A stretch of DNA of 64,000 bases from an uncultured Pseudomonadales bacterium (GCA_964509075.1 CAZDWC010000002.1:320638-384637), one strand, 5' to 3'. Positions 1 to 10,123 are shown, counted from the stretch's first letter. Notes: generated from the letters alone by a model not told the origin. Translations and numbers: made by a program.

Positions 1-96
1 TCCAGTGCCACTCCCGATAAATAGCGCCCGATGTGTCGGCCAACAGACAGGCACCAGAACATTTAAGCCATTGCGAATCAAACAGATAGGTATTTT

Positions 97-690
97 ATGG
101 TCTTGATGATCGACAACTACGACTCCTTCACCTGGAACGTGGTGCAATACCTCGGCGAATTGAAGGCCGATGTGAAGGTGATCCGCAACGACGAGCTGAC
201 GGTGGACGAGATCATCGCGCTGGCCCCCGAGCGCATCGTCATTTCTCCCGGCCCCTGCACGCCCACCGAGGCGGGCGTGTCGCTGGAAGTCATCGAACGC
301 CTGGCCGGCAAACTGCCCATCCTCGGCGTGTGCCTAGGCCACCAGAGTATTGGTCAGGCCATGGGCGGCAAGGTGGTGCGGGCGCGTCAGGTGATGCACG
401 GCAAGATCTCTCCCATTCACCATAGCGGCAAAGGCGTATTCGCCGGCCTGCCATCGCCGTTCAACGCCACGCGCTACCACTCGCTGGTGATCGAGAAAGA
501 CAGCTTGCCGGATTGCCTGGAAATCACGGCATGGACACAGCACGAGGATGGCAGCGTCGATGAAATCATGGGCGTGCGCCACAAGCAGTTTGTGCTCGAA
601 GGCGTGCAATTCCACCCGGAATCCATCCTCAGTGAACACGGCCATGCACTGCTGAATAATTTTCTGCAAATGAAACAAAATATTTTTTGA
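97..690 (+). CDS. trpG: Anthranilate synthase component II / glutamine amidotransferase (TrpG/PabA type)
   Basis: 197-aa ORF. N-terminus [16 protein letters not shown], catalytic LGVCLGHQ and C-terminal FHPES motifs of class-I amidotransferases. Followed directly by trpD and trpC. Confidence 0.9.
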   Translation: MVLMIDNYDSFTWNVVQYLGELKADVKVIRNDELTVDEIIALAPERIVISPGPCTPTEAGVSLEVIERLAGKLPILGVCLGHQSIGQAMGGKVVRARQVMHGKISPIHHSGKGVFAGLPSPFNATRYHSLVIEKDSLPDCLEITAWTQHEDGSVDEIMGVRHKQFVLEGVQFHPESILSEHGHALLNNFLQMKQNIF

Positions 691-699
691 GACGCTGCA

Positions 700-1731
700 A
701 TGATTGTTCAACAGGTACTGCAACAACTGGTTGAACGCCGCGATCTGTCGCGCGAGACCATGCACGCCGCTATGATGGCGGTGATGACGGGCGAAGCGAC
801 GCCGGCACAGATCGGCGCGTTTCTGATTGCCTTGCGCATGAAAGGCGAAACAGTGGACGAGATCACCGCAGCGGCACAGGTGATGCGTGCGCTGTCCAGC
901 AAGGTGGCACTGAACGTCAATCGCAAACATCTGGTGGATACCTGCGGCACCGGCGGCAGTGGCATTCCCTTGTTCAACGTATCCACCGCCGGTGCGTTTG
1001 TGGTGGCTTGCGCCGGTGGCGTTGTCGCCAAACACGGCAACCGCTCGGTGACTTCGAAATCAGGCAGCGCGGATTTGCTGGAAGCCGCTGGCGTCAATCT
1101 CGATCTTGCACCGGAACAGGTGGCGCGCTGCATTGAATCACTCGGCGTCGGATTCATGTTTGCGGTGAAACATCACAGCGCGATGAAACATGCGATAGGC
1201 CCGCGCCGCGAGATCGGCGTACGCACCATTTTCAATGTGCTGGGGCCGCTCACCAATCCCGCAGATGCACCCAACCAGGTGATGGGCGTTTTTGACAAAT
1301 CCCTGGTGCGGCCGATTGCCGAAGTGCTGAAAAATCTCGGCAGTGAACATGTGCTGGTGGTGCATTCTGCCGACGGGCTCGATGAAATCAGTTTGTGCGC
1401 ACCGACGTATATTGCCGAATTGCACCACGGCGAGATTCGCGAATATACCCTCACACCGGAAGACGTGGGCATTGCTGCGCGCCCGATAGATGATTTGTAT
1501 GTCGGCGATGCCGTGCAGAGCCTCGCCTGCGTGAAACGCGCACTCACCGACAACCATTCAGCCGCTGCCGACATCGTGGCACTCAACGCCGGCGCTGCCA
1601 TCTACACCGCCAACTTGTGCAGCACGCTCAAACAGGGCGTGGACATGGCGCGCGATGTGCTCGGCACCGGCATCGCCTGGGAAAAGCTGCAGGAATTTGC
1701 CGCGTTTACGCAATTGCTGGAATCCAAATGA
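700..1731 (+). CDS. trpD: Anthranilate phosphoribosyltransferase
   Basis: 343 aa. DTCGTGGSG and [19 protein letters not shown] motifs. Sits between trpG and trpC. Confidence 0.95.
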   Translation: MIVQQVLQQLVERRDLSRETMHAAMMAVMTGEATPAQIGAFLIALRMKGETVDEITAAAQVMRALSSKVALNVNRKHLVDTCGTGGSGIPLFNVSTAGAFVVACAGGVVAKHGNRSVTSKSGSADLLEAAGVNLDLAPEQVARCIESLGVGFMFAVKHHSAMKHAIGPRREIGVRTIFNVLGPLTNPADAPNQVMGVFDKSLVRPIAEVLKNLGSEHVLVVHSADGLDEISLCAPTYIAELHHGEIREYTLTPEDVGIAARPIDDLYVGDAVQSLACVKRALTDNHSAAADIVALNAGAAIYTANLCSTLKQGVDMARDVLGTGIAWEKLQEFAAFTQLLESK

Positions 1732-2522
1732 ATACACCGACCATCCTGAAAAAAATCATTGCCCGCAAACACGAAGAAGTGCGCGAGCGCCTGCAGAAAG
1801 TCTCGCTGGCGGAACAGATCGCGCGCGCAAAAGCACAGGCACCTGCGCGCGGCTTTGTCGCGGCTATCGAACGCAAGCTGAAAGCGGGCGAGGCAGCAGT
1901 GATCGCCGAAATCAAGAAAGCCTCGCCGAGCAAAGGTGTGATCCGCGAAAAATTCTATCCGGAAGAAATCGCGCGTTCTTATGAAAAAGGCGGCGCCGCC
2001 TGTTTGTCGGTATTGACCGATGTCGATTTTTTCCAGGGCTGCGATGAATACCTGCAACAAGCCCGCAATGCCTGCAAACTGCCGGTGTTGCGCAAGGATT
2101 TTACGGTAGACGCGTACCAGATATGGGAAGCGCGGGCGCTGGGCGCCGACTGCATTCTGCTGATTGCCGCTGCAATGGAGGAATCACAACTGCGTGAACT
2201 GAATGCATGCGCCATCGAAGCTGGCCTCGACGTGCTCATTGAAGTGCACAATGCCGATGAGTTGTATCAAGCCTTGCGTCTGGACAACAAACTGGTCGGC
2301 ATCAACAACCGCGACCTGCACAGCTTCAACACCACACTCAACACCACCTACGAGTTGCTGCCAGTGATCCCCGATGACCGCATCGTGGTCACCGAGAGCG
2401 GCATACACAGCATTGACGACGTCAAAGCCATGCGCGGCCATGGCGTGAATGCCTTTCTGGTGGGCGAGGCTTTCATGCGTGCGGAGGATCCGGGCCTGCA
2501 GTTACTGGAAATGTTCAACTGA
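1728..2522 (+). CDS. trpC: Indole-3-glycerol phosphate synthase
   Basis: The internal ATG at 1728 ([10 protein letters not shown]...) overlaps the trpD stop as [15 protein letters not shown] and LSVLTD..FFQG motifs. The ORF-track extension back to 1617 lies inside trpD and was discarded. Confidence 0.93.
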   Translation: MNTPTILKKIIARKHEEVRERLQKVSLAEQIARAKAQAPARGFVAAIERKLKAGEAAVIAEIKKASPSKGVIREKFYPEEIARSYEKGGAACLSVLTDVDFFQGCDEYLQQARNACKLPVLRKDFTVDAYQIWEARALGADCILLIAAAMEESQLRELNACAIEAGLDVLIEVHNADELYQALRLDNKLVGINNRDLHSFNTTLNTTYELLPVIPDDRIVVTESGIHSIDDVKAMRGHGVNAFLVGEAFMRAEDPGLQLLEMFN

Positions 2523-2601
2523 GCGATCCCACTATCTGCGGGATTTGTGCGGTGGTTCACGGCTGCATGTGCATGGGGTGATGGTATGCTTGCCGGGATC
2601 A

Positions 2602-2669
2602 ATGTCTGTAACAAACCAATGCCTGTAACAAACCGGTACATTTAACAAACTGATGTCTGTAGAAGCCCT
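2602..2669 (+). repeat. Four tandem 17-bp units (atgtctgtaacaaacca / atgcctgtaacaaaccg / gtacatttaacaaactg / atgtctgtagaagccct); the fourth holds the start codon of the next gene
   Basis: Read directly from the sequence. Units begin at 2602, 2619, 2636 and 2653. Units 1 and 2 carry ATGs opening 8-codon ORFs (2602..2628 MSVTNQCL*, 2619..2645 MPVTNRYI*). Confidence 0.85.
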
Positions 2670-4623
2670 GCTCGAACAAGCACTGCGCGATGGCCGTTTC
2701 TCGCCTTTCGCCGGTGACAGCGATGCACAGGACCGCAACGCCCTCTTTTCCCGTCTGCGCGAGTTGCAGGCGCGCGAACTGCCGACCTGGGAACCGCTGG
2801 AAGACCTGGTACAGGAAGCCGGCGCACTGAAAATCAGCCGGCGCGATGCCAACACCCTCTATTTCTGCGACCAGCTGTTCGAACACTGTCAGGCCCAGAC
2901 AGATCTTGAGCAGGAACTGTTGCCTGCCTTCCTGCAGCTGCGCCCGCTGCTGGCCGCCGTGATGCTGCGCGACCCGGCCGCCCTGCAATCTTTCCAGCAC
3001 CCGCTCTACCAACTGCTGGACCAACTGTGGGACGCCAGCCGCTACTGGAGCCCGGAACTCGGTCGTCAGGGCGAAAAATACCGTGCCCGTCTCGACGAAA
3101 CCCTGCAGCAACTGCGCAGCGCCGACGCGGCCACTGCTCCCTTCCAGGCCTGGCTCGATGAACTGTCCAGCCAAGTGGCCAAGGATTTCCAGCGCGCGGA
3201 GTTGCTGGCCACCCGCATCTGTCAGGCCGAACGCGGCGCACTGGCCAGCCAGCATGCGGAGAGCATCGTCAAGCGCCACATCAATCCCCTGCTGACCCAG
3301 CAACCCATCCCCGAAATCGTCGAGGAACTGTTCAAAGGCCCGTTCCGCCACTCGCTGCAACTGCTGTTCCTCAATCAGGGCGCCGACAGCGATGCCTGGA
3401 TCGAGGCCATGCAAACGGCCGAGTTGCTGCTGGAATCGATCAAACAGCCGGAAAACGAGCAGGAAAAACAGCGTATCTACCAGCTGATTTCGAAAATTCC
3501 CGTACTGCTGGCAAAAACACTGGTCGGTATTGGCGACCCGGCCGAACTGGAAAACTGGCAGCGCGCCATCGAAAGTCTGCACATGCAGATGCTGCTGGAC
3601 GGCAAGCTGGAACTGCGCGATGCCGAACCACTGTCGATACTGGACGATGAAAACGGCGTCACCACCAATATCAGTGCCGCACTGCTGGAACAGGTGGCAC
3701 AAATTCCCGAAGGCCAATGGCTGATCTACCGCAAGGACAGCGGCGAGAACCTGCGTTGCCGACTGGCCATGAAGATGGAAGATGCCGGTCAGCTGCTGTT
3801 CGTCAATGTGCTCGGTGCCAAATGCCTGCAGAAAAGCCTGGAGGAATTCGCCTACCTGCTGGCCGCACGGCATGTGATGTTGCTGAACGCCGACAACAAT
3901 TTCTCGCAGATTCTGCGCGACACGGTCTCGCTGTTCCTGCAATTGCACCAGCGCCAGACCTTGCTGCAGGCCGACGCCTCGGAGCGCCAGCGTCAGGAAA
4001 ACGAACGCCGTCGACAGGCACAGGAAAAAGCGCGCCAGGAAGCCGAGCGCATTGCCCAGGAACGTCTCGCCGCCCAGGCACGCGCCGAAGAAGAGGCGCG
4101 ACGCCTCGCCGAAGAACAGGCGAAGCGCGCGAAGGAGCAGGCCAAACTGGCGGAGGAAGCCGCAAGAAAAGCTGCCGATGAAGCACGCCGCGCAGCCGAT
4201 GAAGCGCGCAGAGCAGCTGAAGAAGCCTCCAAACACGCCGCTGCGGAAACCGCCAAACAGGCAGCGGCAGATGCGGCGCGCAAACAGGCAGACATCGAGC
4301 GCGAACGCGAACGCTTGTTGTTGGAAGAAAAGCAGGCACGCATCACCGAATGGGAAGAAACCTTGCAGTCGGTACGCACGCTGGGCGTGGGCGCCTGGGT
4401 GGAGATGGAAATCCAGGGCACAGTGCAGAAATGCAAACTCGCAGCAGTTATCAATGCATCTGATAAACTGATCTTCGTCGGACGCGACGGCCGCAAACTG
4501 GCCGAGCCGCGCCGCGATGAACTGATCAAGCTGATGCTCGACGGCAAGGCCGCCATCATCGAGCGCGGCGACCAGTTTGAAAGTTCACTGGCAAAAGTGA
4601 TACAAACACTGCGAAAGGATTGA
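2653..4623 (+). CDS. DUF1631-like protein with a long Ala/Glu/Arg/Lys-rich coiled-coil insert
   Basis: 656-aa ORF with native-looking codon usage. Helical N-terminal part, low-complexity AEEARRLAEEQAKRAKEQ... segment, and C-terminal GAWVEMEIQG..KCKLAAVINASDKLIFVGRDGRKL segment that resembles DUF1631 C-termini from memory. Family assignment not verified by search. Confidence 0.6.
   Translation: MSVEALLEQALRDGRFSPFAGDSDAQDRNALFSRLRELQARELPTWEPLEDLVQEAGALKISRRDANTLYFCDQLFEHCQAQTDLEQELLPAFLQLRPLLAAVMLRDPAALQSFQHPLYQLLDQLWDASRYWSPELGRQGEKYRARLDETLQQLRSADAATAPFQAWLDELSSQVAKDFQRAELLATRICQAERGALASQHAESIVKRHINPLLTQQPIPEIVEELFKGPFRHSLQLLFLNQGADSDAWIEAMQTAELLLESIKQPENEQEKQRIYQLISKIPVLLAKTLVGIGDPAELENWQRAIESLHMQMLLDGKLELRDAEPLSILDDENGVTTNISAALLEQVAQIPEGQWLIYRKDSGENLRCRLAMKMEDAGQLLFVNVLGAKCLQKSLEEFAYLLAARHVMLLNADNNFSQILRDTVSLFLQLHQRQTLLQADASERQRQENERRRQAQEKARQEAERIAQERLAAQARAEEEARRLAEEQAKRAKEQAKLAEEAARKAADEARRAADEARRAAEEASKHAAAETAKQAAADAARKQADIERERERLLLEEKQARITEWEETLQSVRTLGVGAWVEMEIQGTVQKCKLAAVINASDKLIFVGRDGRKLAEPRRDELIKLMLDGKAAIIERGDQFESSLAKVIQTLRKD
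4171..4233 (+). repeat. Three in-frame imperfect 21-bp units inside the coiled-coil segment (AADEARR AADEARR AAEEASK)
   Basis: gctgccgatgaagcacgccgc / gcagccgatgaagcgcgcaga / gcagctgaagaagcctccaaa, in frame with the 2653 ORF. Confidence 0.6.
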
Positions 4624-4660
4624 CGAACAGCAATCCTGCCCCTTCTTCGGGACACGTGAC

Positions 4661-5050
4661 ATGCGGGACATGACAGCGGAAGACAAACGCGGCGAGCCTC
4701 GCATCCACAGCGAAGTGGCGGTGTTTGTCGAAACTTTTTCCGCACCGTCCGGCGAATCCCGTCATCACAATATCGTGATTTCCAAAACACTGGACATGTC
4801 GGCCAATGGTCTGCAGGTGGTGATGGATTGCCCGATCAATCTCGGCAGCATCCTGCAGTTGTGTGTTGAATTTACTGAAGAACACGAGCGTTACAATCTG
4901 GTCGGCGAAGTGCGCTGGGTGTCAAAGACGCGCTTTGAAAAACATTTTCTGGTCGGCTTCATGCTGTTGGATTCCGACCACTGCCATATCGAGAAATGGA
5001 AGCACAAGATGTCAGCGCTAGTGATGAATCCCCAACTCAAGCTGCATTGA
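4661..5050 (+). CDS. Stand-alone PilZ domain protein (predicted c-di-GMP receptor)
   Basis: 129 aa. RxxxR (RGEPR) then DxSxxG (DMSANG) about 30 residues later, the canonical PilZ c-di-GMP binding motifs. Starts 37 nt after the DUF1631-like gene. Confidence 0.75.
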   Translation: MRDMTAEDKRGEPRIHSEVAVFVETFSAPSGESRHHNIVISKTLDMSANGLQVVMDCPINLGSILQLCVEFTEEHERYNLVGEVRWVSKTRFEKHFLVGFMLLDSDHCHIEKWKHKMSALVMNPQLKLH

Positions 5051-5084
5051 GAATGTTTGCGGTTGGCGGTGCCTGTGGGCGCGA

Positions 5085-5417
5085 TCAGTAGCGGATGCGG
5101 ATACCGCGCTCCAGTGACAACCTCAACTCGGTAGCATCCAGTTCCGGCGGAAAATAGCAGCCGGACACCCGCGCTTCGGCAAAACTGGCGCCGTGCAGCC
5201 TGGTATTCCTGAAGTCTATGCCGCGCAAATCGGCACCGCGAAAATAGGCATCGGTAAAATCCATGCCATCGGCATCCATCTCGCGCAGGTCCAGTCCACG
5301 GTAATCACCGCCGGCCAGGTGCGAGGCATCCAGCACCGATTTCATCTTGTTGAACTCTTCAATGTTTTCCGTACGCAACAGCTGGTACAAGGGATTGTTT
5401 TTCACTTGTGGCTTCAC
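5085..5417 (-). CDS. Pentapeptide repeat protein
   Basis: 110 aa. Tandem A(D/N)LxG-type pentapeptides (GGDYRGLDLREMDADGMDFTDAYFRGADLRGIDFRNTRLHGASFAEARVSG). Confidence 0.85.
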   Translation of the reverse strand: MKPQVKNNPLYQLLRTENIEEFNKMKSVLDASHLAGGDYRGLDLREMDADGMDFTDAYFRGADLRGIDFRNTRLHGASFAEARVSGCYFPPELDATELRLSLERGIRIRY

Positions 5418-5469
5418 GGCAGATCCTCATCCCGCACACTTCAGGATGAGTATAGACAGCAAAGTGCAG

Positions 5470-6741
5470 TCAGTGACTGCCTGTCACTGTCCTCTGCTGC
5501 GCCCGCCACACCCAGGCCAGGCAGCACAGCCCCAGCACGCCACTCAGGGCGAAAAACAGCGGCAAACCCAGCCTTTCGGCCAGAAAGCCCCCCGCCAGCG
5601 ACAGCGTGCCGGATACCAGCATGAACAGCGACATCTGCAGTGTGTAGTCCCCGCCCTCGTGTCCACTTCGGCAAAAGCCCATCATGCCGGCGAACAAGGC
5701 CACGGTGGACATGGCATCCACCACCTGCTCGAACATGGCGATGCCCAGTACCGCCGTCTGGCTGTTCCAGCCCAGCGGTAGCAACATCCATAAGGCAAGA
5801 CCGACGCTCTGCAAGCAGCCAAACCAGAACAGTGCACGGAAGCCTCCCAACCGACGAGCCAGCAATCCACCAGCAAATGCCGCCACCATGCCGGCAACAG
5901 ATGCCAACAGGCTAACCTGGCCGATCTGTGCCAACGACAAGCCGGCATCCACCATCGCCGGCTTGATCATCGGCGAAGCCAGTGAGTCGGCCACCTTGTA
6001 GCTCAGCAGTACCGGCAACCACAAGTACATGCCGGGTTGCTGCAGCAGCTGGCGCCAGCCAGACCAGGCCGGGCTAACCGCCTTGCCACGGGGTGACGGC
6101 GACACAGCCGATGGCTGGCGCGGCTCGCGGAACAGCAACACGGGGATCATCAACAGCAACAAAGCGACGGCAAGCCCGCGCAACCCTTGTTGCAAGCCGA
6201 CTACGGCCGTCAACATCAACAGACCATTGCCGCCGGCCAGCATGCCCAGTTTGTAGCCCGCCACTTGTATGCCGTTGCCAATACTGCGAAGGGAAACCGG
6301 CAGCAGCTTCACGGCCAATGCGTCTGTTGCGACATCCTGCGTGGCAAGCAAGGCATTGGTCAGCAACACAGCCAGTAAAAACAGCGGCAGATGCGTGGCA
6401 AACCACTGCTCCGGTGCCAGCAGTGACACCCCCAGCAGAAGCAGGCAGGCACAGGATTGCAAGGGCAGTATCCAGCTGCGGTAATGCCCGAATCGCTGGC
6501 TGCCGAGTTGATCCACCCACGGCGCCCACAGGAACTTGAAAAACCAGGGCATGGCCAGCAAGCGCGCCAGACTGATCCAGGTCAGGGATACGCCATGCTC
6601 GCGCAGCAGCGCCGGCAGCGCATGGGCAAAAAAACCTGAGGGTAGCCCCTGGGCGATATACAAAGTGGTGAGCAGGCAGGCCAGTGCCGGCAGAGGTACC
6701 GGCGGCGACACCTGCTTTCCCGCAGAAGATATGGGAGACAC
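5470..6741 (-). CDS. MFS permease of the AmpG/PAT (AmpG, FptX, RhtX) family
   Basis: 423 aa, about 12 hydrophobic segments. N-terminal GLPSGFF...LAMPWFFKFLWAPWVDQ signature typical of AmpG-type permeases. GTG start 1 nt after the stop of the upstream gene. Confidence 0.8.
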   Translation of the reverse strand: MSPISSAGKQVSPPVPLPALACLLTTLYIAQGLPSGFFAHALPALLREHGVSLTWISLARLLAMPWFFKFLWAPWVDQLGSQRFGHYRSWILPLQSCACLLLLGVSLLAPEQWFATHLPLFLLAVLLTNALLATQDVATDALAVKLLPVSLRSIGNGIQVAGYKLGMLAGGNGLLMLTAVVGLQQGLRGLAVALLLLMIPVLLFREPRQPSAVSPSPRGKAVSPAWSGWRQLLQQPGMYLWLPVLLSYKVADSLASPMIKPAMVDAGLSLAQIGQVSLLASVAGMVAAFAGGLLARRLGGFRALFWFGCLQSVGLALWMLLPLGWNSQTAVLGIAMFEQVVDAMSTVALFAGMMGFCRSGHEGGDYTLQMSLFMLVSGTLSLAGGFLAERLGLPLFFALSGVLGLCCLAWVWRAQQRTVTGSH

Positions 6742-6742
6742 G

Positions 6743-7312
6743 CTACTGCTTGACGGAAACGGCCAGCTTCAGCAGCTGTGAGCTGAATGACACCTGGGCC
6801 TCGCGGGCCAGTGCTGCATCGACAGAGAACAGGATGCGATCACCCTTGCGCTGCAGGGAAGCGTGAGCCAGTGAGTCATCGACACAGTCATCACACAACA
6901 CAATACTGCCTGCTGCAGCTGCCTGTTTGACGATGGCGCGCTGGCGGAGCTTGTCCAGGCCCGGGCCGAGCACAATGGCGGCACAGCCCGCAGGCGTCCT
7001 GTCCTTTTCCAGTACATCTACCAGCAGTGAGCGGTTATTACCCATGCCGAGGCCGGCGCTGCCTTGCAGCTTACCGCTGGAAGGTGGCTCGCCAGTCAGA
7101 CATAACCTGTATGGCCCGGCTTCGTGTTTCGGTTGGGAGGAGAAACGCAGGATTCCCACAATGACAGCGGCGCGCAGATCGCTTTCGCTTCCGGAAATGG
7201 CCAAACACTCCGGGATGGCCAGAAACAGCATGCAAACAGCCGCTGCATGCCTCAAAACATGTATCTGAATTGCCCTACGGTATCCCTTCGCACTCGATGC
7301 CATATCATACAC
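6743..7312 (-). CDS. YfiR-family (DUF4154) periplasmic protein, orphan
   Basis: 189 aa. Signal-like N-terminus. Remembered P. aeruginosa YfiR aligns by eye (LRAAVIVGILRFSSQPK..YRLCLTG ; IVLCDD..ILFSVDAALAREAQVSFSSQLLKLA). No yfiN or yfiB adjacent. True start may be an internal Met. Confidence 0.6.
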   Translation of the reverse strand: MYDMASSAKGYRRAIQIHVLRHAAAVCMLFLAIPECLAISGSESDLRAAVIVGILRFSSQPKHEAGPYRLCLTGEPPSSGKLQGSAGLGMGNNRSLLVDVLEKDRTPAGCAAIVLGPGLDKLRQRAIVKQAAAAGSIVLCDDCVDDSLAHASLQRKGDRILFSVDAALAREAQVSFSSQLLKLAVSVKQ

Positions 7313-7428
7313 ATGCGGTTTAACGTAATAAGTTTGGGGGCTTTACACTTCCTTTGGCAATAATAAAGCGTTTGAAACAATTTACCACCTACCAAGACTG
7401 GCAGAGACACCTGGGATTATCAACAGTA

Positions 7429-8910
7429 TCACGCACAAAAAAAGTGCAAAAAACACGCTTCCACAGTGTCCGCCAGACGCCCCAGATCAGCCTCCTGCCG
7501 TGCGCGATAATCAAAATCTACCGGCGCCGACAAACCTGCCCAGGCCAGCAGGCTGCCCAAGGACTCCGCCTCGTCAAAAATACCGTGTACATAAGTCCCC
7601 AGAATCTGGCCATCGGCAGACAGTGCGCCGTCGCCGTGATCGCCCAGATCCAGCGCCGCCTGCGCCAATGCAGGCCCACTGCTCACCCCGCAGTGAATTT
7701 CGTAGCCGGACACGCACGCACCCGTGGCACACAGCTTACCGCTAACCCGCAGCAACTGTTTCTCCGGCTCGAGCACGGTATCAAAATCAAGCAAGCCCAG
7801 CCCACAAGATGTTCCTGCCTCACCTTCCAGCGCATGCGGGTCGGCGATACTGTTGCCCAGCATCTGCAAGCCACCGCAAATGCCCATTAGCTTGCCGCCA
7901 TAGCGCAGGTGTTTTTGCAAATACGGTTCCCAACCCTCGGTGCGCAGGAATTCGAGATCGCCGCGCACACTCTTGCTGCCCGGCAAAATCACCAGATCCG
8001 CAGGTGGCCTGGCTTGCCCCATCCACACAAACTGCAAATCCACCTGGGGATGCAGGCGCAAGGCATCAAAATCGGTATGGTTGCTGATGCGTGGGGTCAC
8101 AGGAACGACGATGCGCAGTTTTTCATCCTCCCCTGATTGCACTTGTTGTTCAGCAATGGCGTCTTCGGCTTCCAGGTGCAGGCCATGCAGGTAGGGCATC
8201 ACCGCCAGCACTTTTTTGCCGGTGCGCTGTTCCAGCCAGTCTATACCCGGCTGCAACAGGCTGACATCGCCGCGAAACTTGTTGATGACAAATCCCACTA
8301 CCCGCGCCTGTTCGCTGGCGCTCAGCAAATCCAGCGTGCCGCACAAATGCGCAAACACGCCGCCGCGATCAATATCCGCCACCAGAACCACCGGGCAATC
8401 CACCGCTTCGGCAAAGCCCATGTTGGCGACATCGCGATCGCGCAAATTGATTTCAGCCGGGCTGCCTGCACCCTCCACCACAATCACATCGTATTGTGCC
8501 GACAAACGTTCGAAGGATTGCAGCACATACTGCATCGCTTCGGTTTTGTAATTGTGATAACCCCAGGCATTCATGTTGGCTATTGCCTTGCCGTGCACAA
8601 TCACCTGCGCACCGACATCGGTATTCGGCTTCAACAGAATGGGATTCATGTCGCTGTGCGGCTCAAGAAAGCAAGCCTGCGCCTGCACTGCTTGCGCACG
8701 GCCGATTTCGCCGCCATCTACCGTCACCGCGCTGTTGAGCGCCATGTTCTGTGGTTTGAAAGGCACGACTTTCACACCCTGACGCGCCAATACGCGGCAA
8801 ATACCTGCCACCAGCGTGCTTTTGCCTGCATCCGATGTGCAACCCTGTACCATCAGGCAATGCGGTGCGCGAAACGGTTCCTCGCGCAGGTGTGAAAAAT
8901 CCTTCAGCAT
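7429..8910 (-). CDS. cobQ: Cobyric acid synthase
   Basis: [18 protein letters not shown]-loop region and C-terminal GATase-like domain ([10 protein letters not shown]). Start chosen at Met-20 of the ORF (8910) to avoid a 47-nt overlap with cobT. 8967 remains possible. Confidence 0.92.
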   Translation of the reverse strand: MLKDFSHLREEPFRAPHCLMVQGCTSDAGKSTLVAGICRVLARQGVKVVPFKPQNMALNSAVTVDGGEIGRAQAVQAQACFLEPHSDMNPILLKPNTDVGAQVIVHGKAIANMNAWGYHNYKTEAMQYVLQSFERLSAQYDVIVVEGAGSPAEINLRDRDVANMGFAEAVDCPVVLVADIDRGGVFAHLCGTLDLLSASEQARVVGFVINKFRGDVSLLQPGIDWLEQRTGKKVLAVMPYLHGLHLEAEDAIAEQQVQSGEDEKLRIVVPVTPRISNHTDFDALRLHPQVDLQFVWMGQARPPADLVILPGSKSVRGDLEFLRTEGWEPYLQKHLRYGGKLMGICGGLQMLGNSIADPHALEGEAGTSCGLGLLDFDTVLEPEKQLLRVSGKLCATGACVSGYEIHCGVSSGPALAQAALDLGDHGDGALSADGQILGTYVHGIFDEAESLGSLLAWAGLSAPVDFDYRARQEADLGRLADTVEACFLHFFCA

Positions 8911-8920
8911 ATTGTTAAGC

Positions 8921-9967
8921 TCAGCTTTTACTGGATACGCCCGCTGATTCAAACGACGCCATTTCATTCAGAAACAACACGGCCGATTGAATGAGGGGAT
9001 AGGTCACTGCCACACCGCTACCTTCACCCAGTCGCAAGCCCAGCGACAGCAGTGGTTGTACCTGCAGATAATCCAGCATCCTGCGATGACCGGATTCGTT
9101 GGACAAATGCGAGAACACGCAGTAGTCGCGCGCATGCGGCTCCAGCGCAAAGGCAATCGCCGCCGCACTGCTGGCGATAAAGCCGTCGATCATCACCAGC
9201 ATATTCTGTTCACAGGCCGCCATGATCGCGCCACACATCATGGCAATTTCAAAGCCGCCAAATGTACACAGGATTTCAAACGGATCGGTGAGTGCACCGT
9301 GCCTGGCCAGGGCTTTTTCCAGCACCTGCGTTTTGTGTGCAAGTCCGCTTTCATCAAGCCCGGTGCCACGCCCCACGCAATCACTGACTGCCGTGCCTGA
9401 CAAGGCCGAAAACAGGGCGGTAGCCGCCGATGTATTGCCAATGCCCATCTCGCCAAAACCGATCACATTGCAACCGGCTTCGCTGCGCGCGCGCGCCAGC
9501 ATCGCGCCGCGCGCAATGGCCTGTTCGCACTCGGCAGCTGTCATCGCCGGCTCGTGCAGGAAGTTGCGTGTGCCCATGCCGACTTTGGCACGGGTGATGG
9601 GCAAGTCATCCAGGTTGCCATTCACACCGGCATCAATAACGTCAATCGCAATGCCGTGCTGACGACAAAACACGTTGATGGCCGCACCACCGCCGACAAA
9701 ATTGCGCACCATCTGCTGCGTGACTACCTGCGGAAACGGACTCACAGCTTCCGCAACAATGCCGTGGTCACCGGCAAACAAAAGCATGTGCGGCTTGTTA
9801 AGTGAAGGGGAAAGCGATTGCTGCACCAGTGCCACCTGCAACGCCACCTGTTCCAATATGCCCAAGGCACCGATGGGCTTGGTTTTGCCATCAATTTTTT
9901 GCTGGATATCGGCTTGCAGCGCGCGATTGACCGCGTGCACGGTAAACAGTTTCTGGGCATCAAACAT
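8921..9967 (-). CDS. cobT: Nicotinate-nucleotide--dimethylbenzimidazole phosphoribosyltransferase
   Basis: 348 aa. [17 protein letters not shown] and GEMGIGNTS motifs typical of CobT. Confidence 0.93.
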   Translation of the reverse strand: MFDAQKLFTVHAVNRALQADIQQKIDGKTKPIGALGILEQVALQVALVQQSLSPSLNKPHMLLFAGDHGIVAEAVSPFPQVVTQQMVRNFVGGGAAINVFCRQHGIAIDVIDAGVNGNLDDLPITRAKVGMGTRNFLHEPAMTAAECEQAIARGAMLARARSEAGCNVIGFGEMGIGNTSAATALFSALSGTAVSDCVGRGTGLDESGLAHKTQVLEKALARHGALTDPFEILCTFGGFEIAMMCGAIMAACEQNMLVMIDGFIASSAAAIAFALEPHARDYCVFSHLSNESGHRRMLDYLQVQPLLSLGLRLGEGSGVAVTYPLIQSAVLFLNEMASFESAGVSSKS

Positions 9968-10068
9968 GAAAGGTACCTGGACAGCAAAGGCAGGAAAATC
10001 GGGGCGCAGTGTACCTGATACATCTGTAAAGATGGCAGCTGCAAAAAACAGCCTGCCAACGCTGCACG

Positions 10069-10123
10069 AAAAACAACCCCCTCCCCGCTACGCGGAACTC
10101 CCCCTTGGCAGGGGGAGAGTTGG
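10069..10123 (-). terminator. Candidate intrinsic terminator region downstream of ppsA (C-run/G-run hairpin followed by GGGGAGGGGGTTGTTTTT on the transcript)
   Basis: Plus-strand CTCCCCC (10098..10104) / GGGGGAG (10111..10117) hairpin. On the minus strand a G-rich arm is followed by TTGTTTTT (plus 10069..10076). Two more hairpins at 10145..10165 and 10167..10179. Not energy-evaluated. Confidence 0.4.

Noticed and set aside
1-96. Possible 3' end of an upstream gene (frame ending TAG at about nt 22-24)
   Set aside because: Only about 7 codons are visible, too short to identify. Not reported as a feature.
2599-4236. 545-aa ORF antisense to the DUF1631-like gene
   Set aside because: Its composition is low-complexity (Q/L/G/A/F-rich) with no recognisable motifs, and it lies opposite a gene with coherent domain structure. 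Long stop-free antisense frames are expected in GC-rich, codon-biased DNA.
8911-8967. Upstream extension of cobQ to the first ATG of the ORF
   Set aside because: It would overlap the cobT 3' end by 47 nt and add residues not seen before the conserved GCTSDAGKS region. Met at 8910 is preferred, but the call is not certain.
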